A stretch of DNA of 64,000 nucleotides from Isurus oxyrinchus (taxonomy: Eukaryota), in the NCBI GenBank assembly GCA_026770705.1, contig JANJGN010000210.1, positions 62,001-126,000 on the forward strand, written 5' to 3'. The position numbers and the translations under genes are program-made. The notes beneath the pieces were generated by a model. The model did not search any database, was not told the DNA's origin, and was given only the letters and a program-made list of their open reading frames with translations. Below are positions 11,414 to 23,879 of this stretch, in pieces. Position 1 is the stretch's first letter. Every line of letters begins with the position of its first letter.

Positions 11414-13638
11414 AAAAAAACAAAAAAACTGCAGATGCTTGAAATCCAAAACAAAAACAGAATTACCTGGAAAAACTCAGCAGGTCTGGCAGCATCGGCG
11501 GAGAAGAAAAGAGTTGACGTTTCGAGTCCTCATGACCCTTCGACAGAACTTGAGTTCGAGTCCAAGAAAGAATTGAAATATAAGCTGGTTTAAGGTGTGT
11601 GTGTGTGGGGGGCGGAGAGATAGAGAGAGAGAAAGGTGGGGGTGGGTGTGGTTGTATGGACAAACAAGCAGTGATAGAAGCAGATCATCAAAAGATGTCA
11701 ACGACAATAGTACAATAGAACACATAGGTGTTAAAGTGAAAGTTGGTGATATTACCTAAACGAATGTGCTAATTAAGAATGGATGGTAGGGCACTCAATG
11801 TATAGCTGTAGTGGGGGTGTTTTTTTATAATGGAAATAGGTGGGAAAAGGAAAATCTTTATAATTTATTGGAAAAAAATCGAAGGGGGAAACAGAAAGGG
11901 GGTGAGGATGGGGGAGGGAACTCACGACCTAAAGTTGTTGAATTCAATATTCAGTCCGGAAGGCTGTAAGGTGCCTAGTCGGAAGATGAGGTGTTGTTCC
12001 TCCAGTTTGCGTTGGGCTTCACTGGAACAATGCAGCAAGCCAAGGACAGACATGTGGGCAAGAGAGCAGGGTGGAGTGTTAAAATGGCAAGCGACATGGA
12101 GGTTTGGCTCATTCTTGCGGCCAGACCGCAGGTGTTCTGCAATGCAGTCGCCCAGTTTACGTTTGGTCTCTCCAATGTAGAGGAGACCACATTGGGAGCA
12201 ACGAATGCAGTAGACTAAGTTGGGGGAAATGCAAGTGAAATGCTGCTTCACTTGAAAGGAGTGTTTGGGCCCTTGGATGGTGAGGAGAGAGGAAGTGAAG
12301 GGGCAGGTATTCCATCTTTTGCGTGGGCATGGGGTGGTGCCATAGGAGGGGGTTGAGGAGTAGGGGGTGAGGGGGTTGAGGAGTAGGGGGTGATGGAGGA
12401 GTAGACCAGGGTGTCCCGGAGGGAGCGATCCCTTCGGAATGCCGATAAGGGGGGTGAAGGGAAGATGTGTTTTGTGGTGGCATCATGCTGGAGTTGGTGG
12501 AAATGGCGGAGGATGATCCTTTGAATGCGGAGGCTGGTGGGGTGATAAGTGAGGACAAGGGGGACCCTATCATGTTTCTGGGAGGGAGGAGAAGGCATGA
12601 GGGCGGATGCGCGGGAGATGGGCCAGACACGGTTGAGGGCCCTGTCAACGACCGTGGGTGGAAAACCTCGGTTAAGGAAGAAGGAGGACATGTCAGAGGA
12701 ACTGTTTTTGAAGGTAGCATCTTCCAAACAGATGCGGCGGAGGCGAAGGAACTGGGAGAATGGGATGGAGTCCTTACAGGAAGCGTGGTGTGAGGAGCTG
12801 TAGTCGAGGTAGCTGTGGGAGTCGGTGGGTTTGTAATGGATATTGGTGGACAGTCGATCACCAGAGATTGAGACAGAGAGGTCAAGGAAGGGAAGGGAAG
12901 TGTCAGAGATGGACCACGTGAAAATGATGGAGGGGTGGAGATTGGAAGCAAAATTAATAAATTTTTCCAAGTCCCGACGAGAGCATGAGGCGGCACCGAA
13001 GTAATCATCAATGTACCGGAGAAAAAGTTGTGGAAGGGGGCCGGAGTTGGACTGCAACAAGGACTGTTCCACATACCCCATAAAGAGACAGGCACAGCTG
13101 GGGCCCATGCGGGTACCGATAGCCACACCTTTTATTTGGAGGAAGTGAGAGGAGTTGAAGGAGAAATTGTTCAGTGTGACAACAAGTTCAGCCAGACGGA
13201 GGAGAGTAGTAGTGGATGGGGATTGTTCGGGCCTCTGTTCGAGGAAGAAGCTAAGGGCCCTCAGACCATCCTGGTGGGGGATGGAGGTGTAGAGGGATTG
13301 GACATCCATGGTGAAGAGGAAGCGGTTGGGGCCAGGCAACTGTTGATGTGACGTAAGGTGTCAGAGGAATCACGGATGTAGGTGTGAAGGGACTGGACCA
13401 GGGGAGAGAGAAGGGAGTCAAGATAACGAGAAATGAGTTCTGTGGGGCAGGAGCAATCTGAGACGATCGGTGTACCGGGGCACTTCTGTTTGTGGATTTT
13501 GGGTAGGAGATAGAAGCGTGCCATCCAAGGTTGTGCGACTATCAGGTTGGAAGCTGTGGGAGGGAGATCCCCAGAGGAGATGAGGTCAGCGACAGTCCTG
13601 GAAACAATGGCTTGATGTTCAGTAGTGGGGTCATGGTC
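11414..13638 (-). mobile_element. Penelope-like retroelement, 5'-truncated, frameshifted (left arm of inverted pair)
   Basis: ORFs 13261-13524, 12248-13339 (RT: DVQSLYTSIP, GTRMGPS, RYIDD) and 11922-12251 (GIY-YIG: VYCIRCSQCGLLYIGET..AEH). Confidence 0.93.
11511..11551 (-). ncRNA. Minimal hammerhead-ribozyme-like motif at Penelope 3' end
   Basis: AAGTT-CTGTCGA-A-GGGTC atgag GACTC-GAAA-C-GTC-AACTC: stem I, core with A6>U variant, stem II, GAAA, GUC triplet. Confidence 0.6.
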
Positions 13639-15636
13639 ATTTCTCGTTATCTTGACTCCCTTCTCTCTCCCCTTGTCCAGTCCCTTCCCACCTACATCCG
13701 TGATTCCTCTGACACCTTACGTCACATCAACAATTTCCAGTTCCCTGGCCCCAACCGCTTCCTCTTCACCATGGACGTCCAATCCCTCTACATCTCCATC
13801 CCCCACCAGGATGGTCTGAGGGCCCTTAGCTTCTTCCTCGAACAGAGGCCCGAACAATCCCCATCCACTACTACTCTGCTCCGTCTGGCTGAACTTGTTC
13901 TCACGTTGAACAATTTCTCCTTCAACTCCTCTCACTTACTCCAAATAAAAGGTGTGGCTATGGGTACCCGCATGGGCCCCAGCTGTGCCTGTCTCTTTAT
14001 GGGGTATGTGGAACAGTCCTTGTTGCAGTCCAACTCCGGCCCCCTTCCACAACTTTTTCTCCGGTACATCGATGATTACTTCGGTGCCGCCTCATGCTCT
14101 CGTTGGGACTTGGAAAAATTTATTAATTTTGCTTCCAATCTCCACCCCTCCATCATTTTCACGTGGTCCATCTCTGACACTTCCCTTCCCTTCCTTGACC
14201 TCTCTGTCTCCATCTCTGGTGATAGACTGTCCACCAATATCCATTACAAACCCACCGACTCCCACAGCTACCTCGACTACAGCTCCTCACACCCCGCTTC
14301 CTCTAAGGACTCCATCCCATTCTCCCAGTTCCTTCGCCTTCGTCGCATCTGTTCCGATGATGCTACCTTCAAAAACGGTTCCTCTGACATGTCCTCCTTC
14401 TTCCTTAACCGAGGTTTTCCACCCACAGTCGTTGACAGGGCCCTCAACCGTGTCCGGCCCATCTCCCACGCATCCGCCCTCACGCCTTCTCCTCCCTCCC
14501 AGAAACATGATAGGGTCCCCCTTGTCCTCACTTATCACCCCACCAGCCTCCGCATCCAAAGGATCATTCTCTGCCATTTCCGCCAACTCCAGCATGATGC
14601 CACCACCAAACACATCTTCCCTTCACCCCCCTTATCGGCATTCTGTAGGGATCGTTCCCTCCGGGACACCCTGGTCGACTCCTCCATCACCCCCTACTCC
14701 TCAACCCCCTGCTATGGCACCACCCCATGCCCACGGAAAAGATGTAACACCTGCCCCTTCACTTTCTCTCTCCTCACCATCCAAGGGCCCAAGCACTCCT
14801 TTCAAGTGAAGCAGCATTTCCCTTGCATTTCCCCCAACTTAGTCTACTGCATTCGTTGTTCCCAATGTGGTCTCCTCTACATTGGAGAGACCAAACGTAA
14901 ACTGGGCGACCACTTTGCAGAACACCTGCGGTCTGTCCGCAAGAATGACCCAAACCTCCCTGTCGCTTGCCATTTTAACACTCCACCCTGCTCTCTTGCC
15001 CACATGTCTGTCCTTGGCTTGCTGCATTGTTCCAGTGAAGCCCAACGCAAACTGGAGGAACAACACCTCATCTTCCGACTTGGCACCTTACAGCCTTCCG
15101 GACTGAATATTGAAATCAACAAATTTAGGTCGTGAGCTCCCTCCCCCATCCCCACCCCCTTTCTGTTTCCCCCTTTTTTTTCCAATAAATTATATAGATT
15201 TTTTTTTCCCACCTATTTCCATTATTTTTAAATATTTTAAAATCTTTTATGCTCCCTCCACCCCCACTAGAGCTGTACATTGAGTGCCCTACCATCCATT
15301 CTTAATTAGCACATTCGTTTAGATAATATCACCAACTTTAACTTTAACACCTATGTGTTCTATTGTACCATTGTCGCTGACATCTTTTGATGATCTGCTT
15401 CTATCACTGCTTGTTTGTCCACACAACTACACACCCACCACCCCCCCCAACCTCTCTCTCTCTCTATTTCTCTGCCCCCACACACACACCTTAAACCAGT
15501 TTATATTTCAACTCTTTCTTGGACTCGAAATCAAGTTCTGTGAAGGGTCATGAGGACTCGAAACGTCAACTCTTTTCTTCTCCGCCGATGCTGCCAGACC
15601 TGCTGAGTTTTTCCAGGTAATTCTGTTTTTGTTTTG
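13639..15636 (+). mobile_element. Penelope-like retroelement, 5'-truncated, RT + GIY-YIG in one open frame to 15135 (right arm)
   Basis: ORF 13531-15135 from ISRYLDS onward has RT motifs (RYIDD) and C-terminal GIY-YIG endonuclease; 3' UTR is the reverse complement of 11450-11920. Confidence 0.93.
15533..15572 (+). ncRNA. Minimal hammerhead-ribozyme-like motif (core 1 nt short)
   Basis: AAGTT-CTGTGA-A-GGGTC atgag GACTC-GAAA-CGTC-AACTC. Confidence 0.5.
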
Positions 15637-16050
15637 ATCTTCTTCTGGACCTGGTCTTGGTTGAAACAACAATTTGAAGATCCAAGATGTAAAGGGCATA
15701 TAATGGGGGATGGTGGCGGGTTCACACTATGTGCCGGCCTCTTTCGTAGCCTCGTCTGTGCCCCGGTAACCCTGTACAGCGAGCATGTGGTGTCCATATT
15801 CCATAACTGGTGGGGACATCAGGATACAGTGTGTTTCATAGACATGGAGAACAACATCCTGGTTCCGATACAAAGGTTCTCTGAACTCTTGTTGGGACTT
15901 CGTATCTGATTTTCTCTTCTTTTACTTTTATTGAACCACATCTTTGGGGAAACAAGAGAAGAAAGAATGTTCCATCGGAACTAGAATTGCCTATTCTGAA
16001 TTTCTATCCTGGGCTGATAGTGATACTGACATTGTCAACTTCTTTTCCAG

Positions 16051-17227
16051 CGATTAGAAGGAGATAATTTGCAAAGAGTTCTGCAGATCTGACAAAGTCA
16101 CTCGATTCATCAGGACCTGAATATCATTGGCAGTTGAATGTGGAAGGAACATTTTTGGTATGTTCTGCCTGGGACTGGAAAAACACCCGATTGAGGGTGT
16201 TCCTGTGCCCTGATTGTCGAAAGAGATTTAACCAGTTACACGGCCTGAAAATACTTTGCACCATTCACAGTGGGGAGAAACTATACGTGTATTCTGTGTG
16301 AACGAGATTTCAACCTGGAGAGAAACAAAGACATTGACACCATAGAGAAACCATGGAAATGTGGAGACTGTGGGAAGGGATCCACATCGCCATCGGCATT
16401 GGAAATTCATCGATGCAGTCACACTGGGTAAAGGCCATTCATCTGTTCTGAGTGTGGGAAAGGATTCACTCGACTAACCCACTCACTGCTCACCAACTTG
16501 TTCACTCTGACACGAGACCTTTTAAATGTTCTGTGAGAAGAGCTTTAAAAGAAAACAAAACCTGCTGACTCACCAGCGAGTTCACACCAGGGAGAGGCCG
16601 TATACTTGTGCTATGTGTGGGAAGGGATTCACTCAGTTATCCAGCCTTCAGTTACACCAGCGAGTTCACACTGGGGCGAAACCATTCGCCTGCCCTGAGT
16701 GTGGGATTGCATTCACTCAGTTATGTAAACTGTTGGATCATCAGAGAGTTCACATTGGGGAGAGGCCGTTCACCTGCTCTGTGTGTGGGAAGGGATTCAC
16801 TCAGTTATCCACCTTGCTGAGATACCAGCGCATTCACACTGGGGTGAAACCATTCATCTGCACTGAGTGTGGAAAGGGATTCACTCAGCTTCCTCACCTC
16901 ACTTCACACCGTGTTCACTCTGACACGAGACCTTTTAAATGTTCTGTCTGTGAGAAGAGTTTTAAAGTCAAAATGGATCTGCTGACTCACCAGCGCACTC
17001 ACCCTGGAGAGAGGCCGTTCACCTGCTCCGTGTATGGGAAGGGATTCATTCAGCATTCCCTCAGGCTGAAACACCGGCGCATTCACACCAGGGAGAGACC
17101 GTTCACCTTCTCCATCTGTGGGAAGGGATTCTCTCATTCATCCACCTTGCAGACACACCAGCGAGGTCGCAAGCTGCAGGGGTTGAATTCTGCTGTTATT
17201 GCTGCTCTTAATCACATCCAGGACTGA
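16051..17227 (+). pseudogene. C2H2 (Kruppel-type) zinc-finger gene, main exon, disabled
   Basis: Acceptor TTTTCCAG at 16050; repeated HTGERPFxCxxCGKGF linkers; stops/frameshifts before 16526 and several fingers with lost Cys/His. Confidence 0.85.
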
Positions 17228-18078
17228 ACCATGTTCAATCTGAAAGTTGGAGTTTATTTTTGTTGATGTTAATAATCCCTGTACCTGGGCTGGAGTTTAA
17301 TATTCTGGATAACACTGTGGGTGTACCTACACCATATGGACTGTAGCAGTTCAAGAAGGCAGCCCATCACCACCTTCTCAAGGGCAATTAAGGATGCGCA
17401 ATAAATGCTGGCCCAGCCCACATCCCATGAATGAATAAAAAAAATATGTTTAATAAATCAGCTTTGTATCAAACACAGAGAGTATTCAAGTCCTTGATTT
17501 CGCTAAGATAAGAGGAAACTGGTTGATGTCCTGTTATCGACGGTTCCATGTTTGGGTCTTTTCTCCTTTGTTAATGGAGATTTGTATTTATATAGCACCT
17601 TTCACAACTTCAGGATGTCCCTAGGTGCTTTACAGCCAATGAAGTTCTTTTGAAGTGTAGTCACTGTTGTGATGTCGGAAATGCAGTCCACCAAATTGTG
17701 CACAGCAAGATCCCACTAATAGAAATGTGACTGAGACCAAATAATCTGTTCAGTGATGTTTGCTGGGAGATAAATATGAAGCAGTACACCAGGGAGAACT
17801 CCGCTATTTGGAGTAACATCCTGGGCAGTTTTACACCCAACTGAGAAGGCAGATGGGGCCGTAGTTGACGGTCTCAACTAGAAGACAGGACAATGCAGTG
17901 CTCCCTCAGTACTGCATCAGAATATCAACCTGGATTTTATGCTCATGTTTCTGGATGTGGATTTAAACTCACACACTCCTGACTCAGAGATAAGAATGCA
18001 ACCACTGAGCCACAGCTAACACCCATATTACTCTAGATTATTTCAGTTCTCATCCCTTCAGTTACTCTCCTGGATAAG

Positions 18079-18272
18079 TGTAAGATTTTGGTCCAGGAGT
18101 CACAGATTACCCAAAAAGGCAGTCGAAGTCATAGGTGATTTTAAAGCAATTTATTAAGAAGCAACAGTTTGGATATGATACATCAGTTAAATGGGCAGAA
18201 AAAAAATATGACCCACAACAGGTGAGAACAGTTTACTGATCCTGGGTTGGACAAATGGAAGGGGAGAAGCAG

Positions 18273-18308
<36 letters not shown>

Positions 18309-19002
18309 ATGCTGATCTCCGTGGCTGGAGGTGACAGTGTCCTCGGAATGGTTTACTAGTCCCGGGGCAGGGGGAATGCTGATCTCCGTGGCTGGAGGTG
18401 ACAGTCTCCTCGGAATGGTTTACTAGTCCCGGAGCAGGGGGAATGCTGATCTCCGTGGCTGGAGGTGACAGTCTCCTCGGAATGGTTTACTGGTCCTGAA
18501 TCAGGGGATGCTGATCTCTGTGGCTGGAGGTCGCAGTTTCTCAGTCTCCTTGAGCCAAAACATTTAGCCAATGCCAACATGCATCATTTTGAGAAGCTTT
18601 TTCCTGTCTGAAATGATTTTTCCTCTCGAATGCCCGTTCATGTATTTTATTTCTGAGGGTCTTATGTCAATCACTTATCCACTTGTCCATTAGCAAGGGA
18701 CAGATATTCAAGAAAATCCCTGCTATTTCTATTGGAAGTCTGTTGAGTTATTTTGTGGCTCATTGCTACAACATCCTGTTTAATCTTTATTCAGACAATT
18801 GGTTTACATATGGGTCATGAGGTTTCCCCACCCCACCAAGTTTGTTTTGTTTCAGTTTCATGTCCTTGCCAGATATAATAGACCTGCACTGTTCTGTGCT
18901 TGTCAATCCAGGAAGCTTTCTTCATGAGTAAGAGAGAACGAGTCAATCCTATAATAATGAATTTTTAAAGATTTTATAAGATTATTGGACTGATTTATTA
19001 CA
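18079..19002 (-). mobile_element. LTR of an endogenous retrovirus-like element, with env-like remnant at about 19010-19400
   Basis: Minus strand starts TGTAA after purine tract GGGGAGATC and ends ..TTACA with AATAAA about 70 nt before the end; adjacent hydrophobic stretch FILGAAQGFVLLILMILVALLC resembles an env TM anchor. Confidence 0.55.
18274..18545. repeat. Poly-G run plus about 67-bp minisatellite (3.5 copies) inside the LTR
   Basis: TGCTGATCTC recurs at 18310, 18377, 18444, 18509; about 32 G at 18274-18305. Confidence 0.9.
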
Positions 19003-21029
19003 GATCTCCCCAGCTTGAGAAGGGAATATTCATATTGACTTCTCACAAACTGATTTCTGCTTAACCCAGCTATTTCTAAGCTGTGTTTTCATAATGTCTT
19101 GATTACATTCCATCGAGGACAAAGTAAAGCTACTAGAATCATCAGAATCAGCAACACAAACCCTTGAGCTGCACCAAGAATAAATGTAAAAACTTTTCCA
19201 GTAAATGGTGATAACGATTGACTTTAATTCATCCTCCCCACATGCAGTTCATCTCATTGAATTCTAAATTATTGGCATGTCGTAAATACATCTGGTTCAA
19301 ACAAAAGTTCATGAATGGACTTTAAAGATTCTCCAGCTCTCTGTTCACCTGCATCCAGTTTGTGGATATTTTTTAAATCCAGATTCTATATCCCTCTTCA
19401 CTTTAAGTTTACTCCCTCTGAAAGTGTTTAAGTTTACTCCCTCTGAAAGTGGCCAGGTTATAAATTCAATTTTCTATTAAAAAATACAAGTAAGTCCCAA
19501 GACAGTTTATTAGTTTCATGGACACTTTCACTATGACAATTTTTAAAAAAATATTCTTTCATGGAATATGGCCATTCCTAATTGCACTCAGACCATGTCG
19601 GAACACAGTTAAGAGTTAACCACATTGCTGTGGAGTCACACGTAGGCCAGCAGAGTCAGTACTGAACCCAAGATTCAATTAAATGACTTTAAATTCCACT
19701 AGCAGTCATGGTGGGATTTGAACCCGTGTCTCCAAGCATTAGCCTGAACATCTGGATTACATCTCACCCTGATGGATTGACAAATTCCATTAACTATACC
19801 CAGCACGAGTCATTGCAATTACCAGTTGGTGGTGTGATTTTGCTCTTTTTTCCTAAGCGGAGAATTCCAATAATTGCCATTCCATCTCACTCATGAGCCC
19901 TGGGGGAACTTATTGTTCAATTCAATCTTCTCAGAATGTGGTGTCTGTAGATCAGAGACAGAAGTGTTTGCGACCAATTTGGAGATAACTCCCATATCTC
20001 CCGTTCTCAAGAACTTTGTCTTGAAGATAACAAATAACAAAGCCAATTTTTTTCATGGCATGTGGATATCGCTGGCAACTGCAGCATTTGTTGCTCATCC
20101 CTAATTGCCCTTGCTAGGTCATTTCAGAGGGCAGTTAAGAGTAATCACATCACTGTGGGTCTAGAGTCACATGTAGGCCACATAAGGATGGCAGATTTCC
20201 TTCCCTAAAGGGCATTAATGAACCAGGTGGGTTTTTGCAACAATCAATGGTCATTATCACTGAGACTGGTTTTATATTGCAGATTTATTAACTGAAATCA
20301 AATTCTATCAGCTGCCATGGTGGGATTTAAACCCATGTCCCCACAACATTAACCTTGGTTCCTGGATTACTAATCCAGCAACATTACCGCTGCGCCACCG
20401 TCTCCCCAAATCATTAAAAAGGAAAACCTTTTGTTCAAATCGTCACCATGCAGTCAGTGGAAAGGGTTAACGTCACTGTTTGTTTGCAGAAGGGCAGAGC
20501 AAACATTCACAAATATGCACAATTGTGTTAACTTTAGACAGCTTTATTTTTCAGATTAAAGACGAACCGACCACCATTGTCAACTTTGTTTTCCTCATTC
20601 CTCTGGTATTTTTCTCAGCTTTGCCCAAATGTTAGTGCTTTTTTTGTTGTTTCTTCAGGTGCCTTCCCAAATGACTGTAATAAAGCTTAAGAAAAATAAA
20701 ACTAAAGAAGTGAACTTTCACAGGTAAATCGAGCTTCAACCATCTTAGACCCAAAAAGTGTTAAAGAGGATGGGGCTTCCCACAACTTGTGAGCTCCGAA
20801 ACAGAGCTTCAAGGGTGAAGCTTATCTTCAGGGAATCAAACTTTTTGGTGTCTTTTCCAATTGTACAAGTCAAATGTAATTCATACTTAAAGGTTTACTT
20901 TCAATCAGTAATTTTAACGTTTCACATTTCTCAGCACAGGAACTGGCAGCATTTTAGATTAAATACCAATTGTACACTTCTCTTGGAGCTAGTGTTTGGA
21001 GAAGATCATGACCTCTGCAGATCTGCTAG

Positions 21030-21900
21030 CACAGGAACCGCACTCCGCTTCTGGATACTCTCAGTCTGCAAGCAGATGAAGCCTTTTAAGCATGACCCTA
21101 GTGAAGGTCTTCCCCGTGACTTTAGGGAGTGAGATGCCTCTGTAGTTGTTGCAATCTCCTCTGTCAGCTTTATTTTTGTTTATTGTGATGATTTTTGTGT
21201 CACACATGTCTTGTGGAACGGATCCGACCATCCAACAGAGGAGGAGATGATGAAGATGTAGCAGTAGATGGGACTTTCCGTGCTTGAGCAGTTCAGCTGG
21301 AATTCCATCCTTGCCGGGTGCCTTTCTGCTTACTGAACAATCAATGGCCTTTTTCAACGCAAGTGATTAGGTTTCCTGGTCCAACTCAGCCCTGACAGGA
21401 AGCTGCTGGGGAGAGTCAAACAGAGTCTGGGAGATGTCCGTCTCACAGGGAGCACAGCTCCCAGTGTTAAACCCAGTGACAACCTGCTCTCTTCTGTCAG
21501 TCAGCACTTTACCATCTGTCCATTTCATGGGAGGGGCAACTTTGGTGATGGTTGGACCAAGCGCCCTCTTGATCCCATCATACATGGCACATAGTTCCCG
21601 GTGTGACAGGCAGTTTGGATTTCTTGGTGTAGGCTGATCCAGTGTTAATTTACACAGCTCCTCCCTGTCTTTTGCACAACTATCTTGGAGACTTTCAAGT
21701 GATGCAGTGGTCTAGCTGTTGGGTTTATGTTGTGCATCAGGTGGGCTGTGCTTTTTGCTTCAATGACAGATTCATCTCTGCTGAGTGGGTCTGAAACCAG
21801 TCTTTGTTGTGGGTTCCACCTTTACCAAATGTTGCTGCTGCTGTGTCACAAATGATTGAATCAACGACTTCCAAGATTCATCAATATCAATGTTGATCGA
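21030..21900 (-). mobile_element. RTE-clade LINE fragment
   Basis: KAPGKDGIPAELLK..DCNNYRGISL..GKTFTRVMLKRL (ORF 21061-21357) and upstream MYDGIKRALGP. Confidence 0.8.
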
Positions 21901-22288
21901 TGAAGCTTTTATTGATGTGCCTGTAAAATATTTTACTGTTTTGTTTCATGCTCCTTGATAATTTAATTCCATGATGGAGGTGTCACTGTGAAGAATGTGG
22001 AAGTCAGTAAGAATTGTCAGCAAGGATTAATCAGCACTTTCTAATTTTCGATGTTAATCAGAGGAACTGCAAAATACTCAGAGGCGGCAGGAAAACTCTC
22101 CCCACAAAAGCCCCCAAAACACCCCTGAATATTCAATGGGGTGACCATTGAAAGAAAAGCTGCCTCTGAATGTGGGAGAGACACAATCTGTGAGAAACAG
22201 CTTCTCCAGTCAGATTCTGTCTCTCCTGATCTTGCTGTTCCCCTATTCAGTCCTGGATGTGATGAACAGAAAAATCCAATCACTATAG

Positions 22289-23069
22289 TCACTTGTAAAC
22301 TTGCTGGTGTCTCAGCAGTGTGGATGATCGACCAAATCTTTTCCCACACATGGAACAGGTGAATGGCCTCTCCCCAGTGTGAACTTGCTGGTGTCGCAGA
22401 AGCGTGCATGTCTGACTGAATCTCTTCCCACACACAGAGCATGAGAATGGTTTCTCCCCAGTGTGAGTGCGCTGGTGTACAGTGAGGTCAGATGATTGCT
22501 TGAACCCAATCCCACAGTGACAGCATCTGAACGGTCTCTCGTCAGTGTGAACTCGCTGATGGGACATCAGTTCCCCAGAACTTTTATAGCACTTCCCACA
22601 GTCTTGGCATTGAAAAGGTCTTTCATCAGTGTGAACTCGCTGGTGTCTCAGCAAGTTGGATGACTGAGTGAATCCCTTCCCACACTCAGAGCAGATGAAT
22701 GGTCTCTCCCCAGTGTGAATGAGCTGATGTGCCAGCAGATGGAATGAGGTAGTGAATCCCTTCCCACACTTGGGGCAGGTAAATGGCCTCTCTCCGGTGT
22801 GAATGCGCTGATGAATTTCCAGCCTAACTGGATAATTGAATCCCTTCCCACAGTCACCACATTTCCACAGTTTCTCCACAGTTTGACTGTGCTTGTGTCT
22901 CGACAGGACAGAACAAATTTATGGTTTCTCTCCAACGTGAACGGTGCTTTTTCCTTCCATGCTCAAAATCCGGTAATATTCAGGTTACAATTAATTGGAC
23001 AACTTTGCCAGATCCTGATGTGATGTTTGGTTTCAGTTTCCTGACTGCAAATCCTCCTCTTCTAATACC
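22289..23069 (-). pseudogene. C2H2 zinc-finger gene main exon; 7 fingers in open frame 22289-22879 but premature stop just upstream
   Basis: ORF with canonical CxxC-x12-HxxxH and TGERPF linkers; upstream ATG (about 22960) hits TAA after MEGKSTVHVGEKP; acceptor TTTCAG at 23070. Confidence 0.8.
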
Positions 23070-23879
23070 CTGAAATTGATTTAAAATAGAAAAAAGGGAG
23101 TGAGAGAGAACCCACAAAAACACACACAAAGCCAGGTTGTGAAACTGAGTTGAATTAATCTGATCATTTGTGGGGCCAGCACTAGGAAGAAGTGACCATG
23201 AAAGTTGGTGGATTGTCGTTAAAAACACAACTGGTTCACTAATATCCTTCAGGGAAGGGAACCTGCCACCCGGTCTGGGCTACACAAGACTCTGGCCTTC
23301 ATGGGAGGAGAGCAAGAGAAAGAGGTGGGATAGGCAAAGTGCGGAGAGAGAGATTTTGTATTTCTACAACTCGACCAGAACTTTGACAGGATCTCCCGAA
23401 CTCTCAGCCTCCACCACCTAGAAGCACCAGAGTAGCAGGTATATACGAACGCCATCACCTACAAGTTCCTCTCCGACTCCACATTGTCCTAACTTGTCTG
23501 ACATCCAGCACTACATGAAGGCAAATTTCCTCCAATTAACATATGAACATATAAATTAGGAGCAGGAGTAGGCCACTTGGACCCTGGAGGCTGCTCCGTC
23601 ATTCAATATGATCATGGCTGATCTGACTGTTACCTCACGCCTACTCCCGATAACCTTTCACTCCCTTGTTTAGCAAGAATCTATCTACCTCTCCCTTAAA
23701 AATATTCAAAGACTCTGCTTCCACTGCCTTTTGAGGAAGGGAATTGCAAAGGCTCATTAATCTCTGAGATAAAAAGAACTCATCATCTCTGTGTTAAATG
23801 AGTGACCCCTTATTTTTGCACTGTGACCCATATCCTCACCACCACCCTTGACGCTCTAGTTCCCAGTAAAGCCTTTACT

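Noticed and set aside
13531-13638. N-terminus of the 534-aa ORF as a genuine start
   Set aside because: It is antisense sequence of the left Penelope arm read across the inversion junction; the real homology starts at ISRYLDS.
18300-18545. Tandem repeats here and at 42485-42676 as CRISPR-like arrays
   Set aside because: No unique spacers, vertebrate DNA; ordinary minisatellites.
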